DNA of 38,924 bases, taken from contig JAJCTO010000009.1 in the NCBI GenBank assembly GCA_046563655.1, positions 1,302,001 to 1,340,924 on the forward strand. The letters are read 5' to 3'. The DNA comes from Yuukianura sp. NJ FZ-2021. Taxonomy: Eukaryota. A program made the translations under genes and the position numbers. Every line of letters starts with the position of its first letter. Position 1 is the first letter of the stretch. Shown in pieces: positions 11,401 through 21,887 of the stretch. Under the pieces are notes generated by a model. The model was not told the DNA's origin. It saw nothing but the letters and a program-made list of their open reading frames with translations, and did not search any database.

Positions 11401-14400
11401 TGTCAGCCTCCATCCTTGAGCTTAAACTAGAAGTGCCGGTAAAGTGTCATGCATGCCTTCACTTTAGATGCAAACGATGAGTTCTCATTTTGACACCATG
11501 AATCATGACAACTCAGGTTTAACTTAGGGTTGAAACTATACAACAAGGTGTTAAACGTTGTGAAAAATGGAACTTATGCATTTTTACCGCTTATACAAAA
11601 ATTCTTGGTATTCATCAAATAACGTTCCACTTCGTCGTACTGCATAACTGACTAAATCACACGTTGAAAAACATGTTGTCAGCCTCCATCCTTGAGCTTA
11701 AACTAGAAGTGCCGGTAAAGTGTCAAGCATGCCTTCACTTTAGATGCAAACGATGAGTTCTCATTTTGACACCATGAATCATGACAACTCACACTTCAAT
11801 CGAACTTCAGGGAAAAACCGACTATTACATTTTCTAAATCAAAATTGAACATTCAGCATTTTTGGCCATTTTTGGATAAAATTTTTGGAAAATACTTTTT
11901 TATATTTTCTACCGACTTGCACATTAAATAGATCATGTCTGAAAACTTCTGCCCAACAATAGTCCGAAATTGTATTTTAGCACAGCTCCACCATACCACA
12001 TGTGCATAAGTCTAACTACGATTTAGGTTTAACTTAGGGTTGAAACTATACAACAAGGTGTCAAACGTTGTGAAAAATGGAACTTATGCCTTGTTACCGC
12101 TCATACCAAAATTCTTGGTATTCATCAAATAACGGTCCACTTCGTCGTAATGCATAACTGACTAAATCACACGTTGAAAAACATGTTGTCAGCGTCCATC
12201 CTTGAGCTTAAACTAGAAGTGCCGGTAAAGTGTCATGCATGCCTTCACTTTAGATGCAAACGATGAGTTCTCATTTTGACACCATGAATCATGACAACTC
12301 AGGTTTAACTTAGGATTGAAACTATACAACAAGGTGTTAAACGTTGTGAAAAATGGAACTTATGCCTTTTTACCGCTTATACAAAAATTCTTGGTATTCA
12401 TCAAATAACGTTCCACTTCGTCGTAGTGCACAACTGACTAAATCACACGTTGAAAAACATGTTGTCAGCGTCCATCCTTGAGCTTAAACTAGAAGTGCCG
12501 GTAAAGTGTCATGCATGCCTTCACTTTAGATGCAAACGATGAGTTCTCATTTTGACACCATGAATCATGACAACTCAGGTTTAACTTAGGGTTGAAACTA
12601 TACAACAAGGTGTTAAACGTTGTGAAAAATGGAACTTATGCCTTTTTACCGCTTATACAAAAATTCTTGGTATTCATCAAATAACGTTCCACTTCGTCGT
12701 AGTGCACAACTGACTAAATCACACGTTGAAAAACATGTTGTCAGCCTCCATCCTTGAGCTTAAACTAGAAGTGCCGGTAAAGTGTCAAGCATGCCTTCAC
12801 TTTAGATGCAAACGATGAGTTCTCATTTTGACACCATGAATCATGACAACTCACACTTCAATCGAACTTCAGGGAAAAACCGACTATTACATTTTCTAAA
12901 TCAAAATTGAACATTCAGCATTTTTGGCCATTTTTGGATAAAATTTTTGGAAAATACTTTTTTATATTTTCTACCGACTTGCACATTAAATAGATCATGT
13001 CTGAAAACTTCTGCCCAACAATAGTCCGAAATTGTATTTTAGCACAGCTCCACCATACCACATGTGCATAAGTCTAACTACGATTTAGGTTTAACTTAGG
13101 GTTGAAACTATACAACATGGTGTCAAACGTTGTGAAAAATGAAACTTATGCCTTGTTACCGCTCATACCAAAATTTTTGGTATTCATCAAATAACGGTCC
13201 ACTTCGTCGTAATGCATAACTGACTAAATCACACGTTGAAAAACATGTTGTCAGCGTCCATCCTTGAGCTTAAACTAGAAGTGCCGGTAAAGTGTCATGC
13301 ATGCCTTCACTTTAGATGCAAACGATGAGTTCTCATTTTGACACCATGAATCATGACAACTCAGGTTTAACTTAGGATTGAAACTATACAACAAGGTGTT
13401 AAACGTTGTGAAAAATGGAACTTATGCCTTTTTACCGCTTATACAAAAATTCTTGGTATTCATCAAATAACGTTCCACTTCGTCGTAGTGCACAACTGAC
13501 TAAATCACACGTTGAAAAACATGTTGTCAGCCTCCATCCTTGAGCTTAAACTAGAAGTGCCGGTAAAGTGTCAAGCATGCCTTCACTTTAGATGCAAACG
13601 ATGAGTTCTCATTTTGACACCATGAATCATGACAACTCACACTTCAATCGAACTTCAGGGAAAAACCGACTATTACTTTTCTAAATCAAAATTGAACATT
13701 CAGCATTTTTGGCCATTTTTGGATAAAATTTTTGGAAAATACTTTTTTATATTTTCTACCGACTTGCACATTAAATAGATCATGTCTGAAAACTTCTGCC
13801 CAACAATAGTCCGAAATTGTATTTTAGCACAGCTAAACCATACCACATGTGCATAAGTCTAACTACGATTTAGGTTTAACTTAGGGTTGAAACTATACAA
13901 CAAGGTGTCAAACGTTGTGAAAAATGGAACTTATGCCTTGTTACCGCTCATACCAAAATTCTTGGTATTCATCAAATAACGGTCCACTTCGTCGTAATGC
14001 ATAACTGACTAAATCACACGTTGAAAAACATGTTGTCAGCGTCCATCCTTGAGCTTAAACTAGAAGTGCCGGTAAAGTGTCATGCATGCCTTCACTTTAG
14101 ATGCAAAAGATGAGTTCTCATTTTGACACCATGAATCATGACAACTCAGGTTTAACTTAGGGTTGAAACTATACAACAAGGTGTTAAACGTTGTGAAAAA
14201 TGGAACTTATGCCTTTTTACCGCTTATACAAAAATTCTTGGTATTCATCAAATAACGTTCCACTTCGTCGTAGTGCACAACTGACTAAATCACACGTTGA
14301 AAAACATGTTGTCAGCCTCCATCCTTGAGCTGAAACTAGAAGTGCCGGTAAAGTGTCAAGCATGCCTTCACTTTAGATGCAAACGATGAGTTCTCATTTT

Positions 14401-17301
14401 GACACCATGAATCATGACAACTCACACTTCAATCGAACTTCAGGGAAAAACCGACTATTACATTTTCTAAATCAAAATTGAACATTCAGCATTTTTGGCC
14501 ATTTTTGGATAAAATTTTTGGAAAATACTTTTTTATATTTTCTACCGACTTGCACATTAAATAGATCATGTCTGAAAACCTCTGCCCTGCAATAGTCCGA
14601 AATTGTATTTTAGCACAGTCCACCATACCACATGTGCATAAGTCTAACTACGATTTAGGTTCAACTTAGGGTTGAAACTATACAACAAGGTGTCAAACGT
14701 TGTGAAAAATGGAACTTATGCCTTTTTACCGCTTATACAAAAATTCTTGGTATTCATCAAATAACGGTCCACTTCGTCGTAGTGCATAACTGACTAAATC
14801 ACACGTTGAAAAACATGTTGTCAGCCTCCATCCTTGAGCTTAAACTAGAAGTGCCGGTAAAGTGTCAAGCATGCCTTCACTTTAGATGCAACCCATGGGT
14901 TTTCACTTTGACATCATAAATCATGATAACTCACACGTCGATGGAACTTCTGGGAAAAACCGACCCTTACATTTTCTAAATCAAAAATGAACATTCAGCA
15001 TTTTTGGCCATTTCTGGATACAATTTTTGGAAAATACTTTTTTATATTTTCTACCGACTTGCACATTAAATAGATCATGTCTGAAAACCTCTGCCCAGCA
15101 ATAGTCCGAAATTGTATTTTAGCACAGCTCCACCATACCACATGTGCATAAGTCTAACTACGATTTAGGTTCAACTTAGGGTTGAAACTATACAACAAGG
15201 TGTCAAACGTTGTGAAAAATGGAACTTATGCCTTTTTACCGCTTATACAAAAATTCTTGGTATTCATCAAATAACGTTCCACTTCGTCGTAGTGCACAAC
15301 TGACTAAATCACACGTTGAAAAACATGTTGTCAGCCTCCATCCTTGAGCTGAAACTAGAAGTGCCGGTAAAGTGTCAAGCATGCCTTCACTTTAGATGCA
15401 AACGATGAGTTCTCATTTTGACACCATGAATCATGACAACTCACACTTCAATCGAACTTCAGGGAAAAACCGACTATTACATTTTCTAAATCAAAATTGA
15501 ACATTCAGCATTTTTGGCCATTTTTGGATAAAATTTTTGGAAAATACTTTTTTATATTTTCTACCGACTTGCACATTAAATAGATCATGTCTGAAAACCT
15601 CTGCCCAGCAATAGTCCGAAATTGTATTTTAGCACAGCTCCACCATACCACATGTGCATAAGTCTAACTACGATTTAGGTTCAACTTAGGGTTGAAACTA
15701 TACAACAAGGTGTTAAACGTTGTGAAAAATGGAACTTATGCCTTTTTACCGCTTATACAAAAATTCTTGGTATTCATCAAATAACGGTCCACTTCGTCGT
15801 AGTGCATAACTGACTAAATCACACGTTGAAAAACATGTTGTCAGCCTCCATCCTTGAGCTTAAACTAGAAGTGCCGGTAAAGTGTCAAGCATGCCTTCAC
15901 TTTAGATGCAAACGATGAGTTCTCATTTTGACACCATGAATCATGACAACTCACACTTCAATCGAACTTCAGGGAAAAACCGACTATTACATTTTCTAAA
16001 TCAAAATTGAACATTCAGCATTTTTGGCCATTTTTGGATAAAATTTTTGGAAAATACTTTTTTATATTTTCTACCGACTTGCACATTAAATAGATCATGT
16101 CTGAAAACTTCTGCCCAACAATAGTCCGAAATTGTATTTTAGCACAGCTAAACCATACCACATGTGCATAAGTCTAACTACGATTTAGGTTTAACTTAGG
16201 GTTGAAACTATACAACAAGGTGTCAAACGTTGTGAAAAATGGAACTTATGCCTTGTTACCGCTCATACCAAAATTCTTGGTATTCATCAAATAACGGTCC
16301 ACTTCGTCGTAATGCATAACTGACTAAATCACACGTTGAAAAACATGTTGTCAGCGTCCATCCTTGAGCTTAAACTAGAAGTGCCGGTAAAGTGTCATGC
16401 ATGCCTTCACTTTAGATGCAAAAGATGAGTTCTCATTTTGACACCATGAATCATGACAACTCAGGTTTAACTTAGGGTTGAAACTATACAACAAGGTGTT
16501 AAACGTTGTGAAAAATGGAACTTATGCCTTTTTACCGCTTATACAAAAATTCTTGGTATTCATCAAATAACGTTCCACTTCGTCGTAGTGCACAATTGAC
16601 TAAATCACACGTTGAAAAACATGTTGTCAGCCTCCATCCTTGAGCTTAAACTAGAAGTGCCGGTAAAGTGTCAAGCATGCCTTCACTTTAGATGCAAACG
16701 ATGAGTTCTCATTTTGACACCATGAATCATGACAACTCACACTTCAATCGAACTTCAGGGAAAAACCGACTATTACATTTTCTAAATCAAAATTGAACAT
16801 TCAGCATTTTTGGCCATTTTTGGATAAAATTTTTGGAAAATACTTTTTTATATTTTCTACCGACTTGCACATTAAATAGATCATGTCTGAAAACCTCTGC
16901 CCAGCAATAGTCCGAAATTGTATTTTAGCACAGCTCCACCATACCACATGTGCATAAGTCTAACTACGATTTAGGTTCAACTTAGGGTTGAAACTATACA
17001 ACAAGGTGTCAAACGTTGTGAAAAATGGAACTTATGCCTTTTTACCGCTTATACAAAAATTCTTGGTATTCATCAAATAACGGTCCACTTCGTCGTAGTG
17101 CATAACTGACTAAATCACACGTTGAAAAACATGTTGTCAGCCTCCATCCTTGAGCTTAAACTAGAAGTGCCGGTAAAGTGTCAAGCATGCCTTCACTTTA
17201 GATGCAACCCATGAGTTTTCACTTTGACATCATAAATCATGATAACTCAAACGTCGATGGAACTTCTGGGAAAAACCGACCCTTACATTTTCTAAATCAA
17301 A
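8444..17301. repeat. Satellite A subtype II with interleaved 510-bp and 276-bp monomers (786- and 1062-bp higher-order units)
   Basis: Subtype II markers are gcaaacgatgagttctcattttgacaccatg and cacttcaatcgaacttcaggg. The deletion junction caactc|aggtttaac occurs at 8876, 9663, 10453, 11239, 11515, 12301, 12577, 13363, 14148 and 16463. Spacings are 276/279 and 509-511. Confidence 0.96.
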
Positions 17302-19412
17302 CAAGGTAGGGCGATGCTCAAGGGTTGAGCATAGGTCTTCTGGAGGGAGTTGACAATTGATACGACATTTAGACCGGCCTACCGCAAAACTGTTGACGAA
17401 CTGTGAAACCGTTTTCATGGAACTGAAGCTCTAAAACGTCACTGAAAATTTTCAGTCCGAATGTCAGATCCTACTTTGTGCATGAGTTGCACCAAAATTG
17501 TCTTGGTAATTTTACCGTTTAATTGAACCAAAATCATGTTAAGGTTTTGAGGCCGAAAATATCTGCACTGAATTGATGTTGTTAATTTGTTGTGCACAAA
17601 ATGCACAAAATTGAACGTTTAGGAGAAGTGGTCGAATATCATTCTTGATTGATGTTCGTAATTTGTTAAGGTAGATGCACATAATGTATTGTCGATGTTG
17701 TCATGGCAATGCCCAAGGTAGTTCTCAAACCTGCACAAACCTTCAATTGTGTGCATCATGCACAAAATTGAACGCTGAGGAGAATGGGTCGAATACCCCT
17801 TCTTTCAAATCCAAATCGGTTCATGAAAATGCACAGTGTGTTAAATTAAGTGCATAACTTATTGAGTCGAAAATCGCTTGTTTATAATCAAAATTATAAA
17901 AATTTCTTCCAAAGGCAAATTTTAACCCTGCCAAGCACTGTTTACATATTATGAGTTTAATCCAGATTTTCTGCCCCCTAGTTAAGTCTTAATTTAACAA
18001 CGTAATTAAACTAACTGTCAGAAAATGACAGGATCAAAACTTTGTTGTTTAAATATATTTTGAGTGTAATCGAAACCAAAATGTTTCCGTGAAACGACTG
18101 CACTTAGGGTGCATAAAGTGGCCGCCCATTTCCACGTTGTTAATATAACACTTTGAGTGCAATGTAGACATAATGAAAACACTTGAGGCATACATAACCC
18201 CCCGGACAAAACGGAGCTTATGTTTTAGCGCAAAAGATACTAAACAAGGTAGGGCAATGCTCAAGGGTTGAGCATAGGTCTTCTGGAAGGAGTTGACAAT
18301 TGATACGGCTATTAGACCGGCTGTGCGCAAACCCGTTCAAGAAAAACGTTAAGAAACAGTTTTCACGAGATATATGCAACGAAACGCCGCTCATAATTTT
18401 CAGTGCAGATGTGGGGCCTTTTTGTGCACAATTGCACCAAAATGTGATAACTGTTTACATAAAAAAGTTGTCCTTTAGCTCAGATTTTCTATGCACAACA
18501 TTTTTGCATCAAATTGTTCTGAATTATGCACAAAAGTAGAATGCACTTATAAAAGGTTATAAATCTGTTCATGTAAATGCACAATTATTCGGATGTAATC
18601 ACCATCCGAAAAGATGTATGTGCAGTTGTTCTCCAGTATGCACAAATTTTGAAATAACAGCGTTCAATACCCAGCGTCAAAATAACTGCGCAATTCGACA
18701 TTATTGTGCATCAATTTATAAGTGTGCACAACATTGAACGTTGAGGAGTAGGGGTCGAATATAGCTTCTGTAAAATCAAAATCGGTTCAAGTAAATGCAC
18801 AATTCGATGTTTGTATTTTTGGCAGTCATTAGTGTACATCATGCACAAAATTAAGTGCTAAGGGTGAGGCCTCGAATATCGCTTGTAAATAATCAAAATT
18901 ATAAAAATTTCTTGCAAAGGCACATTAGAACCCTGCCAACCACTGTTTACGTATTAAACATTTAAGCCGGATTTTCTACCCTCTAATAAGTCTCAATTTA
19001 ACAACGTAAGTTAACATATTGTCAGAAAATGAGCAGATCAAAACATCGTTGTTAAAAAATATTTTGAGTGTAATGCAGACCTAACACAAAATTTTGACGA
19101 CTTAAGAAACAGCAACGCGAAGCAGCCGCATACTTTGGCGTTGTTAATGTACGACTTTGAGTGCAATGTAGACCTATGAAAACTCTAGAGCCATACATAA
19201 CCCCCGGGCAACATGGAGCTTGAGTTTTAGTGCAAAAGATACTAAAAAAGCGAACGGACAGACAAAGTCGTATCAATAGTCTTCTTCAGCACGTCGTAGA
19301 CGTGCGTCTCCAGAAGACTAAAAAGCGAACGGACAGACAGACAGACAGACAGACAAAGTCGTATCAATAGTCTTCTTCAGCACGTCGTAGACGTGCGTCT
19401 CCAGAAGACTAA
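17302..19412 (-). mobile_element. HINE copy 2 (~1.03 kb, minus strand), split into 17302-18244 and ~19322-19412 by nested copy 3
   Basis: 17302-17358 is the exact reverse complement of the copy-1 3' end. 19352-19410 is the exact reverse complement of the first 59 nt of copy 1. (GACA)6 lies at 19332-19355. The satellite reads tctaaatcaaa|...|aatgaaca across the element. Confidence 0.85.
18245..19321 (-). mobile_element. HINE copy 3 (~1.08 kb, minus strand), nested within copy 2
   Basis: It has its own 3' end caaggtagggcaatgctcaagggttgagcataggtcttctggaagg at 18245 and its own 5' end ...cgtctccagaagact at 19319. The host reads gatactaaa|...|aaagcgaacgg, matching the uninterrupted gatactaaaaaagcgaacgg seen in copy 3 itself (19238-19257). 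Confidence 0.85.
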
Positions 19413-21887
19413 AATGAACATTCAGCATTTTTGGCCATTTCTGGATACAATTTTTGGAAAATACTTTTTTATATTTCCTACCAACTTGCACATTAAATAG
19501 ATCATGGCTGAAAACTTCTGCCCAACAATAGTCCGAAATTGTATTTTAGCCCAGCTCCACGATATCACAAGTGCATAAGTCTAACTACGATTTAGGTTAA
19601 ACTTAGGGTTGAAACTATACAACAAGGTGTTAAACGTTGTGAAAAATGGATCTTATGCCTTGTTACTGCTCATACCAAAATTCTTGGTATTCATCAAATA
19701 ACGGTCCACTTCGTCGTAATGCATAACTGACTAAATCACACGTTGAAAAACATGTTGTCAGCCTCCATCCTTGAGCTTAAACTAGAAGTGCCGGTAAAGT
19801 GTCAAGCATGCCTTCACTTTAGATGCAAACGATGAGTTCTCATTTTGACACCATGAATCATGACAACTCAGGTTTAACTTAGGGTTGAAACTATATAACA
19901 AGGTGTTAAACGTTGTGAAAATGGAACTTATGCCTTTTTACCGCTTATACAAAAATTCTTGGTATTCATGAAATAACGTTCCACTTCGTCGTAGTGCACA
20001 ACTGACTAAATCACACGTTGAAAAACATGTTGTCAGCCTCCATCCTTGAGCTTAAACTAGAAGTGCCGGTAAAGTGTCAAGCATGCCTTCACTTTAGATG
20101 CAAACGATGAGTTCTCATTTTGACACCATGAATCATGACAACTCACACTTCAATCGAACTTCAGGGAAAAACCGACTATTACATTTTCTAAATCAAAATT
20201 GAACATTCAGCATTTTTGGCCATTTTTGGATAAAATTTTTGGAAAATACTTTTTTATATTTTCTACCGACTTGCACATTAAATAGATCATGTCTGAAAAC
20301 CTCTGCCCAGCAATAGTCCGAAATTGTATTTTAGCACAGCTCCACCATACCACATGTGCATAAGTCTAACTACGATTTAGGTTCAACTTAGGGTTGAAAC
20401 TATACAACAAGGTGTCAAACGTTGTGAAAAATGGAACTTATGCCTTTTTACCGCTTATACAAAAATTCTTGGTATTCATCAAATAACGGTCCACTTCGTC
20501 GTAGTGCATAACTGACTAAATCACACGTTGAAAAACATGTTGTCAGCCTCCATCCTTGAGCTTAAACTAGAAGTGCCGGTAAAGTGTCAAGCATGCCTTC
20601 ACTTTAGATGCAAACGATGAGTTTTCACTTTGACACCATGAATCATGACAACTCACACTTCAATCGAACTTCAGGGAAAAACCGACTATTACATTTTCTA
20701 AATCAAAATTGAACATTCAGCATTTTTGGCCATTTCTGGATACAATTTTTGGAAAATACTTTTTTATATTTCCTACTTTTTTATATTTCGTCGTAATGCA
20801 TAACTGACTAAATCACACGTTGAAAAACATGTTGTCAGCGTCCATCCTTGAGCTTAAACTAGAAGTGCCGGTAAAGTGTCAAGCATGCCTTCACTTTAGA
20901 TGCAAACGATGAGTTCTCATTTTGACACCATGAATCATGACAACTCACACTTCAATCGAACTTCAGGGAAAAACCGACTATTACATTTTCTAAATCAAAA
21001 TTGAACATTCGGCATTTTTGGCCATTTTTCCATGAAATTTTTGGAAAATACTTTTTTATATTTTCTACCGACTTGCACATTAAATAGATCATGTCTGAAA
21101 ACTTCTGCCCAACAATAGTCCGAAATTGTATTTTAGCACAGCTCCACCATACCACATGTGCATAAGTCTAACTACGATTTAGGTTTAACTTAGGGTTGAA
21201 ACTATACAACAAGGTGTCAAACGTTGTGAAAAATGGAACTTATGCCTTGTTACCGCTCATACCAAAATTCTTGGTATTCATCAAATAACGGTCCACTTCG
21301 TCGTAGTGCATAACTGACTAAATCACACGTTGAAAAACATGTTGTCAGCCTCCATCCTTGAGCTTAAACTAGAAGTGCCGGTAAAGTGTCATGCATGCCT
21401 TCACTTTAGATGCAAACGATGAGTTCTCATTTTGACACCATGAATCATGACAACTCAGGTTTAACTTAGGGTTGAAACTATACAACATGGTGTTAAACGT
21501 TGTGAAAAATGGAACTTATGCATTTTTACCGCTTATACAAAAATTCTTGGTATTCATCAAATAACGTTCCACTTCGTCGTACTGCATAACTGACTAAATC
21601 ACACGTTGAAAAACATGTTGTCAGCCTCCATCCTTGAGCTTAAACTAGAAGTGCCGGTAAAGTGTCAAGCATGCCTTCACTTTAGATGCAAACCATGAGT
21701 TCTCACTTTGACATCATAAATCATGATAACTCAAACGTCGATGGAACTTCTGGGAAAAACCGACCCTTACATTTTCTAAATCAAAAATGAACATTCAGCA
21801 TTTTTGGCCATTTCTGGATACAATTTTTGGAAAATACTTTTTTATATATTCTACCGACTTGCACATTAAATAGATCATGTCTGAAAA
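19413..21887. repeat. Satellite A terminal segment: mosaic of subtypes I and II, with 276-bp monomers and one unique deletion
   Basis: Resumes in phase at aatgaacattcagc. Short-monomer junctions at 19870 and 21457, a rearranged monomer at 20757-20790, and the array ends at catgtctgaaaa. Confidence 0.95.

Noticed and set aside
7249..19276. Short ORFs within the HINE copies and SatA
   Set aside because: Frames are not conserved between copies, there are no Rep/helicase, transposase or RT motifs, and several cross element boundaries.
7261..19410. One 12-kb composite transposon or inversion bounded by 59-bp perfect inverted ends of copies 1 and 2
   Set aside because: Satellite phase is continuous across each element separately, the outer flanks do not rejoin, and the enclosed satellite keeps the same orientation.
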